A stretch of DNA of 50,132 nucleotides, from IMG/VR virus record IMGVR_UViG_3300025897_000002; one strand, 5' to 3'. The notes under the pieces are model-generated. The model ran no database searches. It was not told where the DNA came from and saw nothing but the letters and a program-made list of their open reading frames with translations. Made by a program: the position numbers and the translations under genes. Positions 32,033-41,936 of this stretch are shown here, piece by piece. The DNA is from a virus. The number at the start of each line of letters is the position of its first letter. The first letter of the stretch is position 1.

Positions 32033-33448
32033 ATGACTCCAATCCAGAACTTAGCTGACAATCTAGCCGCGCTAGGCCGATACGAGGACACCTATATGGT
32101 TCACGCCGCTGAAGGCGAAACCGTGGTGCCGAGTGATGTTCTGGACGCCAATCCCATTCTCAAGACGGCTCTTTTTGCCCAGATGCGGTCTATGGGCATT
32201 GAGAACCCGGACAGGTACGTTGTTGGCAGCGGCCTGAATAGCGTCAACCCAATCACTGGTCAGCCTGAGTTCTTCTTCAAGAAGATCAAGCGCCTCGTCA
32301 AGAAGATTGCTGCCCCGGTTGGCGGTACGATTGGCTTTGCTCTTGCTGGCCCTACCGGCGCTGCAATTGGTTCTGGCCTTGGCTCTTTAGTCGGCGGCGC
32401 CTCTCCACAGCAGGCCCTTGGAACTGCGGCCATTGGCGGCCTTCTGGGCTATGGGGCTGGTAAATTTGCCCCGAATCTTCAGGGCCAACTTCAGGGTGCT
32501 TTCCGTGGCATCCCCGGCATTGGTGGCCTTATGCCCGCGCAGGCTGGCGGCCTTATACCCGCGCAGGCTGTTCCGGCGTCTCCGGGCGGTGGGCTTCTTA
32601 ACGCGGCTAGAGCAGCTTCTGGAAGGGCTGCCTCGCCCGAAGGTGGTCTGCTCTCTGGGATCAGCAAGTTTGTTAAAGAGAAACCCTTGCTTGCCGCCGG
32701 GATTGCTGGCGCTGGGGGTCTCGCACTTATGAGTGGCTTTGGTGCTGAAGAGCAGGAGTTTGAGGATAATCCGGCGACATATTCAGATTATTTGTTAGCA
32801 AGAAAAGCGCTAGGTAGTGAGGCGACGGCTGACGACATTAGAAAATTGCGTCTTAGCTTCAGACTTCCAGAGAACCCCCCTGTGCGAATGGAGGGTCTTC
32901 GCCCCGGAGTTCCCATGGCAGAAGGAGGGAGCCCTGCGGTAGCTGCCGCTGCTCTAAACAAGTCTCCGACAGCAGCCCCCGCAATGACAGTTGGTGAGCG
33001 GGCTGGTCGAATTAACCAGATCAATAAGCAAATACAAGGCATTGCGGGTCAGATGGCTCGTGAGGGGGCCAACATTCCCGAGCTAATGGAAAGAAAAAGT
33101 CTGTTAGAGGCTGAGATCGATAAGATCTTGAACTCTCCCAGCCTTCCCTCATTACCCATGGCCCCGCGACAAGCTGATCCCCCATCCATGCCAGGAACTG
33201 TTAGTGCCGCAAGAGGCGGTGGGTTGTCTGACTTGAGGGACCTGATGATTGCTCAGCAGGGCTTCCCCCGTCGCTCTGGACGGGTGTCTGGTTTGGGTGG
33301 GGAAACGGACGATCTTGTACCGGCCATGCTTTCTAATAACGAATTTGTTTTTACGGCTGACGCTGTCAGGGGTGCTGGAGGAGGTAGTGTCGATCTTGGC
33401 ACCGACCGAATGTACGCCATGATGGACCAACTTGAGCGGAGAGCGTAA
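32033..33448 (+). CDS. internal virion/ejection-type protein (471 aa)
   Basis: N-terminal DTYMVHAAEGETVVPSDVL...RYVVGSGLNSVNPITGQPEFF and C-terminal DDLVPAMLSNNEFVFTADAV motifs flank a G/A-rich hydrophobic region. Confidence 0.7.
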   Translation: MTPIQNLADNLAALGRYEDTYMVHAAEGETVVPSDVLDANPILKTALFAQMRSMGIENPDRYVVGSGLNSVNPITGQPEFFFKKIKRLVKKIAAPVGGTIGFALAGPTGAAIGSGLGSLVGGASPQQALGTAAIGGLLGYGAGKFAPNLQGQLQGAFRGIPGIGGLMPAQAGGLIPAQAVPASPGGGLLNAARAASGRAASPEGGLLSGISKFVKEKPLLAAGIAGAGGLALMSGFGAEEQEFEDNPATYSDYLLARKALGSEATADDIRKLRLSFRLPENPPVRMEGLRPGVPMAEGGSPAVAAAALNKSPTAAPAMTVGERAGRINQINKQIQGIAGQMAREGANIPELMERKSLLEAEIDKILNSPSLPSLPMAPRQADPPSMPGTVSAARGGGLSDLRDLMIAQQGFPRRSGRVSGLGGETDDLVPAMLSNNEFVFTADAVRGAGGGSVDLGTDRMYAMMDQLERRA

Positions 33449-34488
33449 TGTCTATTACCGTAACAGGCTCAAGCCTTGCTCCTTTCGTTGAGGAACAGAC
33501 ACGCCTCCTTTTGGAAGAGGCCCGTGAGGCTGCTAAAAGCCCAATTCCTGTTCCGGACATTCCTGTCGCAGGGTTCTCGCCGCTCCAACTGCAAGCGATG
33601 CAGCGCGGAGAACAGGCTGTGGGCGGTCTTGACCCCTACATTCAACAAGCCGCTGACTTTGTTCCGCAGCAACAGGCTGCTATTCAAAAAGCATTAACCG
33701 GGCTTGGGTCAACTCAAGCGGGTATTCAAGGGTTACTTGCTCCGGAGCAGTACAAGTTCGACCCAGCTTCTGCTCAGGATTTCTTTAATCCCTTTGAGCA
33801 ACAAGTTGTTCAGCAAATTCAGCAAGATATTGGTCGGCAACGCGAAGAGGCTCTTGGAGATGTTTCTTCTCAGCTTGCGGGTCAGGCTGGTGCCTTCGGC
33901 GGCTCTGGGGCAGACAGGGCGCGTGAGCGTGTTGAGCGACGGTATGATGATCTACTAAATCAACAACTGTCCAACTTGCGATATCAGGGCTATCAACAAG
34001 CCATGGGTCAGGCTCAACAGGAGTTTGGTCAGCAGTTTACTCGCCAGCAGGGGCTTCAGTCTCTTCTTGGGGATATTGCTATGCGGTATCCGCAGCTTGG
34101 CAGTGCTATTAGAGATATTGGCGGGGACGTTCTTCGTCTTGGCGGCGTTCAAAGGGAGGCAGACATGACTGACATTCAGCTTCTCTCTAGCCTTGGCGGT
34201 CAACAGCAGAGCCAGCTACAGGCTCAACAGGATGCCCAGAGGGCGCAGCGCGTTGCTCAGTTGCAAGATCCATTTTCTCGGATTGGATTCGTGAGGGATG
34301 TTCTGACTGGAGTTCCTCAAGCGGGAGGGACAAGCGTGAGTAGGACCACTGCACCTCAAGCGCAACCATTTGGCTTGGCGCAATTGGCTGGCCTTGGAAC
34401 CTTGGGTCTTCAGATTTACAACCCGTTCACTGGAAAAGCAGGGGCATTAGGCAACTCCCTGGGCTTTGGCACTAAGGCAGGGTCATAG
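33448..34488 (+). CDS. Q-rich virion protein (346 aa)
   Basis: TAATG overlap; coiled-coil and Q-rich composition. Confidence 0.7.
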   Translation: MSITVTGSSLAPFVEEQTRLLLEEAREAAKSPIPVPDIPVAGFSPLQLQAMQRGEQAVGGLDPYIQQAADFVPQQQAAIQKALTGLGSTQAGIQGLLAPEQYKFDPASAQDFFNPFEQQVVQQIQQDIGRQREEALGDVSSQLAGQAGAFGGSGADRARERVERRYDDLLNQQLSNLRYQGYQQAMGQAQQEFGQQFTRQQGLQSLLGDIAMRYPQLGSAIRDIGGDVLRLGGVQREADMTDIQLLSSLGGQQQSQLQAQQDAQRAQRVAQLQDPFSRIGFVRDVLTGVPQAGGTSVSRTTAPQAQPFGLAQLAGLGTLGLQIYNPFTGKAGALGNSLGFGTKAGS

Positions 34489-34490
34489 CG

Positions 34491-36758
34491 ATGAAAGCTC
34501 ACCGCAGAAAAGGCATCCCGACCTTGATGTTGCAGACCGGGGGAAGTCCTAAACTGGGGGGACCGCTCGGGAGAAGGTTGCTGTCCGAAAGTCAAGAAGA
34601 GCGGAGAGGCTTGGCAAGTGGTCTGACTCAAGCATTGGAAGACCGTGACAACCTCCTTCAGCGCAACTTTAGGTTTGGCCCACAGGATCAACCAGACACA
34701 GAAACCCAATTAGCTCGTGATATACGCACAGTTGGTGGAATAATTGACCCCGTCACCGTAATCCCGAGGGGGCTCGGCGGATTGTACCGTTTCTACGACA
34801 AAAATATTGCTAGACCATTTGCGGAGTACGCAAGGAAAGAGGTTCCAACTCCGTCAGCGATAGAAAAGGCCGCTGAACAATCGGCCCAAGCCGAAGCCGA
34901 AGCTCAAGCTAACGCTCAAGCTGACCTAGCCAGAACTCAAGCGCAACGCGCTGCCGACGCTCTTAGTGGTGGAGTTCGTAGGCCACCAACAACGCCCGTT
35001 GAGAAAGCCAAGGCTGCTCAGGCTGAGCAAGCTGCTGAAACCGCTGAGGCTTCCCAAGCCGCTGCATCCGTAAGTTCCCCGGAAGAAGAGGCTCTTCGTC
35101 GAGCAACTGGCGCTCCGTCGAGTGCAGAAGAAGCTGCCGCTGCGGCCAAATCAGGCGATCTTTCACGGGAAGCCTCTCCTGTTCAAGGCAAAGATGGGAC
35201 CACGATTGCTAGTATTATGGGTAGTGTAGATGCTCAGTTTAACGAGCAGGAAAGGCTTAACGAGTTAAAGACTACTTTTGGCCTCAACCTAAGTGACATG
35301 GAAAAAGCTGCCCCCGGAATTGCGTTTAGCCTTTCCTTGATGGGCGCTCAGAGGGCCCCCGGCGAAAGCGTCTTTAATGCGCTTGCTCGTTCTGCTGGTT
35401 CTGCGGGCGAAGGCGCTTTGAAAGCAAAACTTGCTCTTGACGCTAAAGAACGGGCTATTGACTCTTCGCTAGTGTCAACTGTTCTAGGAGAGAAAAAAGT
35501 AGCGGAAGACTATGTCAAAAATACAATGTGGGTTGTTTCTTGGGATGGTGGTTTTGATAAAAAAGGTAGCCCCGGAGCATCTTTTTACAGAATGAACGCA
35601 AGGCAATTAAACGAGGCTACTGAAGCTGGCTTACCAATAGTTCCGATGGACTTTCTAAAGTCTTCAATGACGGCGGAGTCTGCAAGGGCTGCGTATAGAT
35701 CTAAGGAGGGGGCAACAATTCAAGCGGCTTTAGTCAGGCGAATTGGTGAAGCTTACAAACCGACTTCTGTTAAGATGACGCTCGTCACCAGACCAAAAGA
35801 TAAAGTAGATGGCCGTCGTCTTATTGGTTTCGATGAAAATAACGAGCAGAGAGAAGTTGTGCTTCCTGACGATGTTGGTGGTAACGCAAAATTAGTGGGT
35901 AACATTCTCAAGGATTCAGGCGAAACTCTTCTGCTTGTGGACGAGATGAATGGTCTCATCGACAAAAGCGCCGGGGCTTTTAACGTAGCTAGCGCGCTCA
36001 GTGAGAAGACGATGAGTCTTTTGGGTCTCGGAAAAAACGCTACTGCTCAAGACCTTTATAGAGCGGCAAGCGAGAAGGGGAGTGTCGCCCTTAACAATCT
36101 AAGTGGATTTGCGAAGGGCAAAGTTAATGTTGACAATGCCTACAATGAAATGGGCGCAGATGGTGTTAAGAAGTTCCTCAATATACAGGGAGATATTTCT
36201 GAGGAAGACCTTAAAAAGAGGTTGTCAGAAAACCTTAACAATGTGAGGGGGTCTAAGCCTATCGAGAAACCGGGTCAGAACGCCAGCGACGAAGATCTTT
36301 CGTCTTATGAAGCAAGGGTGAGATTTCGGACAATCCAAAACGCCCTCGCTGCTAAGCTCGCTCCAATACTTCTTGGTGAGTCTGGTAGGACAATCTCTGA
36401 CGCTGACCGTGTTCGCGTCATTGCCCTTCTTGGTGGTTTCGCTGATTTCAGCAAGGCTGGTGTGTTTACAAGCGCAGAAGAGATGAGGCAGTCTACTGCT
36501 ATGCTCAAGGAAATCCTTGGTAAGTACGAAGAAACTGCATTGCAAGACTCTAACGCGATAATTGACGCATACGACGAGGCGTCTACGTACACAAGCCCAA
36601 TAACAAAAGGGAGGCTTTACTCACCAAGCAAAAGTGACGAAAAGGCAGTTGGTGACCTTAGAGTTTATGTCCAGGCGTTTGATAAAAAGAAGGCCGGTCA
36701 AACGAGCCAGCCTGCAAGCTCAACTGTTAGCGCTGCTGTTCTTCTTGGGTCCCCGTAA
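34491..36758 (+). CDS. large internal virion/ejection-type protein (755 aa) carrying one GESGRTISDADR motif
   Basis: A/E/Q low-complexity region; LGESGRTISDADRVRV at nt 36375-36410. Confidence 0.75.
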   Translation: MKAHRRKGIPTLMLQTGGSPKLGGPLGRRLLSESQEERRGLASGLTQALEDRDNLLQRNFRFGPQDQPDTETQLARDIRTVGGIIDPVTVIPRGLGGLYRFYDKNIARPFAEYARKEVPTPSAIEKAAEQSAQAEAEAQANAQADLARTQAQRAADALSGGVRRPPTTPVEKAKAAQAEQAAETAEASQAAASVSSPEEEALRRATGAPSSAEEAAAAAKSGDLSREASPVQGKDGTTIASIMGSVDAQFNEQERLNELKTTFGLNLSDMEKAAPGIAFSLSLMGAQRAPGESVFNALARSAGSAGEGALKAKLALDAKERAIDSSLVSTVLGEKKVAEDYVKNTMWVVSWDGGFDKKGSPGASFYRMNARQLNEATEAGLPIVPMDFLKSSMTAESARAAYRSKEGATIQAALVRRIGEAYKPTSVKMTLVTRPKDKVDGRRLIGFDENNEQREVVLPDDVGGNAKLVGNILKDSGETLLLVDEMNGLIDKSAGAFNVASALSEKTMSLLGLGKNATAQDLYRAASEKGSVALNNLSGFAKGKVNVDNAYNEMGADGVKKFLNIQGDISEEDLKKRLSENLNNVRGSKPIEKPGQNASDEDLSSYEARVRFRTIQNALAAKLAPILLGESGRTISDADRVRVIALLGGFADFSKAGVFTSAEEMRQSTAMLKEILGKYEETALQDSNAIIDAYDEASTYTSPITKGRLYSPSKSDEKAVGDLRVYVQAFDKKKAGQTSQPASSTVSAAVLLGSP

Positions 36759-39700
36759 TGCCCAAACTTAGCGTCATAAACGACAAGTATGGGACTGGTG
36801 CCGTATATGAGTTTGACATAAACGGAGAAGCCCCTAGCGAGGTTGAGAAGAAATTTATCGCTAGTTACCTGAAGGACGTTGGTGTCGTCGAAAAACAGTT
36901 AGACGCAGAGCAGAACATCGACACCACTGGCGTCAGGGATGCTGGCTTTCGGTACGGTTTTGCAAATGTTGAGGACGACAAGGAGCGAGCCGCGTATCTT
37001 GACAAAACTGTTGGGCCGGGCAACTGGCTGCGAAGACTAGACGGAACATTTGCCCTTAGCCCGGATGGCAGGGCCAAGATAGGACAGCCGGGGGACGTTC
37101 CCCTTTCAATCGAAGACAAGGGTTTCAGCCGTTACGACTTTGCTGACTTTGCTGGCGAGGGCGGTCTTGCGCTTGGCGCTGCCGCAGTCGCTGGCGTTCT
37201 AACTGGTGGTCTAGGTCTTCTTCCTGCTGTTGGTGTCACAGCCTTGGCTGGGGCTGGCGGGAAACTTGTAGACGAGGCAATCGAGTCTTCAAGAGGTTTG
37301 CAGCGTCAGTCGTTTAAGGAAGTGGCGCAAGATGCGCTGACTGAAGCTGCTTCTGCTGGAACTGGCGAATTTGGTGGTCGCTTTATTACCTCTGCTGTTG
37401 GCCGCTTAATCAAGGGTGGAACGACAAACGCACAAAGAGCAGAGCATCGCGAGCTTCTTAAATGGGCTAAAGAAAACAACGTACAGTACGTTCCTGACCT
37501 TGCTTCAGTATCTGGCAAGCCGCTGCTGGCTCGTGTGCAGGCTCTGACTGAACAGGTTCTGGGAAACAAGCGTGGCCCGGTGATCCAAGAAAGCCTAGAC
37601 AGCCTTGTGCAGACCATTAGCAGGACTGACGGCATCCCGACTGAAGAGGCTCAAACGCTTGTTTTCAATATCCTGAACAACAAGGCAGAGCTTGCGAAGG
37701 GTGCCGCAAAGACAGTTGCCAATGACATCGCTGGCGTCTACGGACAGTCTGTAGCTCAGCTTGGGGATCGGGCCGCTGCGGCTATCGCTGCTGGCAACCG
37801 TGAAGAGCTTGAGTCTGTCATTAAGGGGCTTCATGCCCTTGATGCTCAATCTGAGCTAGACCTGAATGCTGGTTATGGAATCATTAACACCATCTTCAAT
37901 AAAGACCTTGATTTTCTGAACAGCCCAGCATATCGGAGCCTTCTTGAGGGTAAAAAGATTCCGCTTGATGATGGCGAATTTGTTTCCCCGATTCGATTTG
38001 CACGGTCAGTTGATCCTTCTACTGGTGATGAGATCGTTGAGCCTTTGGTGGTTAACGTGTCTGACACCATTAGAATGATTGACGAAATCCCAGAAGATAG
38101 AGTTTTTCCTGATGGAACAAGTGTTCGGGATGAGTTCCGCAGGGCTTTTGGCTTTTACGATAAAGCTAAGGAAAATGGAAATTTCATTAGCCTTAAAGAT
38201 TACAACCGCGCCAGAAGCACCTTAAACAGAATGGTGAACACGGAGAGGGGCTTTGCCGCTCGGCGTCGAGAAGCCGCCCCCGTTGAAACTGCTCCGATGA
38301 TTTATCGGACTTTGACGGATGACTTTACAAAGTCTTTGGATAACTTTGACCTAACCATTCAGTCCCTTTTTGACAATGTGTCAACTCTTACTGCAAGTGA
38401 AGAGCTTGTTAATGCCGCTGCTGCGGCTCTTGGCCGGGAGATTCCAATAACGGGAAGGTTTGGTCAGGCTGATCTAAAGCGCAGGACTGTTGCGGCTCTA
38501 AAAAACAAGTTATCTGACGTTCGATCATCTCTTGGTGCGATGAAGGAGATGAACGGCGTTTATGCGACTCAGAGGGAAATCTTTGAGGACGCTAACATTA
38601 GAGGGGTCGCAGCCCGCCTTAAAAATATCGGAAGCCTTCAGGGCGATGTTATCGCCTCAGATGTAGCCTATCTTGCAAACGAAGTCCTGCGCGACCCAAG
38701 AAAATTTGATAGCCTAGCTAAGTTATTTGAGAACCCCCTTAGAACCAAAGAGCAGACATCTCGCGTTCTCTCGTCTTTACGGGAAAATCTTATTGTTCGG
38801 GGCCGTGCTGAAGAGGTTGCGGCTGGTATCGCAGACCTTGAAAAACTTATTCCAGAAGAGACCGTAAAGTTTGGCGGGAAGATGACGCAGCAAAGAGCGC
38901 GTGATCTTCTGGGTAATGTTGTTATGAATCGTTTGTACCGCCGAGCAGTTGATACGACTGCTGATGGAGATGAGGTCGTAAACATTCTGCGATTTAGTAA
39001 GCTCGCAGACCAAAACCGTGATGCAGTTCGTCAAGTCTGGGGAGATAGGGCTTCCGCAGAGTTTCTTGACATGGCTGACGAAATCAAGGGTGCCTACAAA
39101 GAATTTTCAAAAGAACTTCCTGAGCGGTTCAATTTGGCGTTTAGTGACATTGTAAATCGTGGCCTCACCGGCAAAGAACTTCAGGGAAAACTTCAGACTC
39201 TCAAGGATGAGCTTGCACAGACTACAAAAGGTGCATTCCAGAAGGCCCTGAGAAACCCCGAGACTCTTAACCTTGAGAATGCCGCCAGCATGATGGTTGC
39301 CGGAAAGGTTCCACTTCAGACTGTAAGGGAAACCCTAGATGCGCTTAAACGAGACCTTGGCGAAGAGCAGTTTGCTGTAGTCGAGCAGTCTCTCAAAGAC
39401 ACTGCTGTCAAAAGGTTCTTCAGCAACATTGCTGGAAATGGAGATAATGTTAGCGATATCTCCACAATTAATCCCGTTGACGCTGTTCTGAATTATCGCC
39501 AACTCAAGAATATGCTTGGCACTGGGGCGAAACAGCCAACAATTAGCCGAGACACTCTTAAGTACATCTTTACTCGTGGTGAAGTTACCGGTTCTGAAGC
39601 AGTCAAGGGCTTGGAGAATCTTGCTAAGTTTGCCGAGAATCAGGCTGGTAGAGCAACGTCCGGTAAGGGCACTCTTGCTGGCGCAACCTTGGGTGTGGGT

Positions 39701-40270
39701 CTCGCGGCGGGCCTTCTGATTGACCCGATAACTACGCTTTCATCCATTGCGGGCCTTAGCGTTCTGTCAAGGTTCTTCTCTAATCCTGCTTTTGTGAAAC
39801 TCTTGTCGCGCCCGAAAAAAGAAAGCCTTCGTTTGCTTAGGCAAGATGAAAAGGGCGGCATTCCGGAAAAAGCATTTCTTCAAGCGTGGACAAACCTTAC
39901 GCGGACAATTGTTGACGGTGGTGAAGACGGAAGCATTCCGATGACACGAGAAGAGGTTCAGGCTCAACAAGGAAAATTAGACAAACTCCTGAAGATCGAT
40001 CAGCAACCGGTTGCCAGAAAAACTCCTACTGTTCGTAAGGTTCCTCCCGCCCCCGCTAGGATTGTTTCTCCGCAACAGCCCGCGTCCCCTCAGCCCGTTC
40101 CTCAACCTGTGCAGCGCCCTCAAGCGCCTGTTGTCCCGCCGCAACCGGCTGCGGGCATCTCATCAATACCTACTGGCGCACAACAGTCTGCTGGGTTAGC
40201 TTCTCTCAGGCGGCAACAGCAAATTGGCTTGGCCCAACCATATAGAGGCGTGAGTGCTGTAAGGGTGTAA
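36758..40270 (+). CDS. largest virion protein (1170 aa), internal/ejection-type, with G/A-rich hydrophobic segment and P/Q-rich C-terminus
   Basis: TAATG overlap; GGLALGAAAVAGVLTGGLGLLPAVGVTALAGAGG; no catalytic motif recognised. Confidence 0.75.
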   Translation: MPKLSVINDKYGTGAVYEFDINGEAPSEVEKKFIASYLKDVGVVEKQLDAEQNIDTTGVRDAGFRYGFANVEDDKERAAYLDKTVGPGNWLRRLDGTFALSPDGRAKIGQPGDVPLSIEDKGFSRYDFADFAGEGGLALGAAAVAGVLTGGLGLLPAVGVTALAGAGGKLVDEAIESSRGLQRQSFKEVAQDALTEAASAGTGEFGGRFITSAVGRLIKGGTTNAQRAEHRELLKWAKENNVQYVPDLASVSGKPLLARVQALTEQVLGNKRGPVIQESLDSLVQTISRTDGIPTEEAQTLVFNILNNKAELAKGAAKTVANDIAGVYGQSVAQLGDRAAAAIAAGNREELESVIKGLHALDAQSELDLNAGYGIINTIFNKDLDFLNSPAYRSLLEGKKIPLDDGEFVSPIRFARSVDPSTGDEIVEPLVVNVSDTIRMIDEIPEDRVFPDGTSVRDEFRRAFGFYDKAKENGNFISLKDYNRARSTLNRMVNTERGFAARRREAAPVETAPMIYRTLTDDFTKSLDNFDLTIQSLFDNVSTLTASEELVNAAAAALGREIPITGRFGQADLKRRTVAALKNKLSDVRSSLGAMKEMNGVYATQREIFEDANIRGVAARLKNIGSLQGDVIASDVAYLANEVLRDPRKFDSLAKLFENPLRTKEQTSRVLSSLRENLIVRGRAEEVAAGIADLEKLIPEETVKFGGKMTQQRARDLLGNVVMNRLYRRAVDTTADGDEVVNILRFSKLADQNRDAVRQVWGDRASAEFLDMADEIKGAYKEFSKELPERFNLAFSDIVNRGLTGKELQGKLQTLKDELAQTTKGAFQKALRNPETLNLENAASMMVAGKVPLQTVRETLDALKRDLGEEQFAVVEQSLKDTAVKRFFSNIAGNGDNVSDISTINPVDAVLNYRQLKNMLGTGAKQPTISRDTLKYIFTRGEVTGSEAVKGLENLAKFAENQAGRATSGKGTLAGATLGVGLAAGLLIDPITTLSSIAGLSVLSRFFSNPAFVKLLSRPKKESLRLLRQDEKGGIPEKAFLQAWTNLTRTIVDGGEDGSIPMTREEVQAQQGKLDKLLKIDQQPVARKTPTVRKVPPAPARIVSPQQPASPQPVPQPVQRPQAPVVPPQPAAGISSIPTGAQQSAGLASLRRQQQIGLAQPYRGVSAVRV

Positions 40271-40271
40271 G

Positions 40272-40505
40272 ATGAGCAGTGAAGAACTTCGCGTGTTGGT
40301 CGCTGAAATCCAGGGCGACATGAAGCTTATCAATGAAAAGGTGGGCACTATGTCCACTGTTTTTGAAGAGCGCCTTAACACCATCAAAACCAATGACATT
40401 CATCACGTTCAGTTGAAGGTTGACAGCATCTATAAGGCTGTTTGGTTTGGGGTTGCTTTAATTCTTAGCAACGCGGCGCTTTACGCCTTTAGCATGTTTT
40501 CTTAA
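40272..40505 (+). CDS. holin-like small membrane protein (77 aa, C-terminal TM)
   Basis: Immediately upstream of, and overlapping (TAATG), the M15 peptidase gene; AVWFGVALILSNAALYAFSMF. Confidence 0.55.
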   Translation: MSSEELRVLVAEIQGDMKLINEKVGTMSTVFEERLNTIKTNDIHHVQLKVDSIYKAVWFGVALILSNAALYAFSMFS

Positions 40506-40945
40506 TGCAACTCAGCCCCCACTTTTCTCTTAGAGAGATGGTCCGCAGTCAGGTTGCGTCTAGGCTCAAAATAGACAACACGCCTTATGATGCGGCTAAA
40601 GACTCTTTGAGCGCCCTCTGTGTGAACGTCTTAGAGCCCATCAGGGAGCATTTTAACCAACCCTTTAGCCCATCGTCCGGGTATCGCTGCCCAGAGCTAA
40701 ATAAGGCCATTGGAGGCTCTATAACAAGCCAGCATTCTTTGGGCCAAGCTGCTGACCTAGAGGTTCCGGGTTTTGACAACAGAGAGGTTGCTCTTTGGGT
40801 AAAGCAAAACCTTCCCTACGATCAATTGATTTTAGAGTGCTACAATACTGAAGACCCGTATTCCGGCTGGGTCCATGTCAGTTTTACTAATGTAAACCGC
40901 AAAGAGTTTCTTATCTTTGACGGCAGCAATTACTCTTTAGGATAA
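40505..40945 (+). CDS. peptidase M15 (Peptidase_M15_3-like) endolysin
   Basis: FSPSSGYRCPELNKAIGGSITSQHSLGQAADLEV...GWVHVSF: H-x6-D and terminal His zinc ligands. Confidence 0.85.
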   Translation: MQLSPHFSLREMVRSQVASRLKIDNTPYDAAKDSLSALCVNVLEPIREHFNQPFSPSSGYRCPELNKAIGGSITSQHSLGQAADLEVPGFDNREVALWVKQNLPYDQLILECYNTEDPYSGWVHVSFTNVNRKEFLIFDGSNYSLG

Positions 40946-41125
40946 AGAGTTTATCCCTGGCTTCGGCATATCTCTCGAAATGCCCAAGCGGGCGTACTCT
41001 TGATCGATAAGTTGTTTGATCTGACCAGAAAGTTTTCTGTTTTCTAGTTTGGCTAAGTAAACCAAGTTCGAGTAGCTCTCGTCCTCTATACTTAGGGTCT
41101 TCCATGAAGTGCGGCGATTGGGCAT
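40937..41125 (-). CDS. ribbon-helix-helix (CopG/Arc-like) DNA-binding protein
   Basis: KTLSIEDESYSNLVYLAKLENRKLSGQIKQLIDQEY fits a strand-helix-helix layout; lone minus-strand gene. Confidence 0.6.
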   Translation of the reverse strand: MPNRRTSWKTLSIEDESYSNLVYLAKLENRKLSGQIKQLIDQEYARLGISRDMPKPGINSLS

Positions 41126-41446
41126 ATGTCTCTCCGAAAAAATAAGTACAACGCAAAAAAAACCAATGTTGACGGGATCACCTTTGACAGCAAGCGTGAG
41201 TCTCGTCGGTATCTTGAGTTAAAAACGCTCCTTCACGCGGGCCATATATCTGACCTTGAGCTTCAAATTCCCTTCCCTTGCATTGTTAACGACAAGAAAA
41301 TTTGCTCTTACAAAGCTGACTTTGCTTACACTCAAGACGGGAAACGGGTCGTTGAAGACGTAAAAGGTTTTGTTACAAGAGATTTTCGGCTCAAGAAGAA
41401 GTTGGTTGAGGCCCTCCACGGCATCGAGGTTGTCATCGTCAAATAG
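41126..41446 (+). CDS. DUF1064-like protein (putative endonuclease/resolvase family)
   Basis: KNKYNAKKTNVDGITFDSKRESRRYLELK...DF.Y...G...VEDVKG pattern. Confidence 0.75.
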   Translation: MSLRKNKYNAKKTNVDGITFDSKRESRRYLELKTLLHAGHISDLELQIPFPCIVNDKKICSYKADFAYTQDGKRVVEDVKGFVTRDFRLKKKLVEALHGIEVVIVK

Positions 41447-41608
41447 TACGCTACTAATCGTACAGCACTTCTACCGAGTGTCAACGTAAGGCAAGTGTGG
41501 AAAAAATACCCCCAGAATTTATGAAAAACTCCGGGGGTAAGTGACCTCTTCAACCTGGGAGGAAGGGAGAGGCATGGGAGGGTGCATTATGGTGTTTTTG
41601 GGGCGGGT

Positions 41609-41640
41609 TTGACAAGCCCAACTAATAGCGTTTATTAGTG
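41609..41640 (+). promoter_or_regulatory. promoter (TTGACA, 18-nt spacer, TATTAG) overlapped by the palindrome ACTAATA-N5-TATTAGT
   Basis: TTGACA 41609-41614; inverted repeat arms at 41621-41627 and 41633-41639, the right arm doubling as the -10. Confidence 0.5.
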
Positions 41641-41693
41641 TGTCTTCTGATGGTCGGATAACGGCAGCGTCAGGAGACTTTGGAGGGGGTACT

Positions 41694-41885
41694 GTGGGAT
41701 TCTGCTACACCCCAGCCGCAGCCCGAGAGACCGAGGCGGCAGCAGAGCGGGGCGTAGCTCCTGAACAAGCAGCGGTTGACCTGACAGCGTTACGGTATGT
41801 CAGGGCCTTGTACGACGGATGGCTCCGATGGTGCATGGTGTGGGGACTTCCTGGCTATATGCCGGGGGAGTCTCCCTATGCCTAG
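41694..41885 (+). CDS. possible 63-aa protein (GTG start)
   Basis: GGAGGGGG 4 nt upstream of GTG 41694. The track ORF starts at GTG 41640, which would lie at or before the predicted transcription start. Confidence 0.35.
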   Translation: MGFCYTPAAARETEAAAERGVAPEQAAVDLTALRYVRALYDGWLRWCMVWGLPGYMPGESPYA

Positions 41886-41936
41886 AACTCAGGAACCACC
41901 CTTGGTGCAGTATTTAGGAAGAGGAGAGGAAAGAAT

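Noticed and set aside
36758-40270. Is the 1170-aa protein a virion RNA polymerase (crAss/N4-type)?
   Set aside because: I found no DxDGD/DFDID-type double-psi-beta-barrel metal motif. The nearest string, ADGDE, is not convincing. The composition is helical or low-complexity, like ejection proteins. This cannot be excluded without structure prediction.
40911-41156. Alternative minus-strand ORF 40911..41156 (81 aa)
   Set aside because: It overlaps both the DUF1064 start and the RHH frame. The RHH frame (40937..41125) has a recognisable fold pattern and this one does not.
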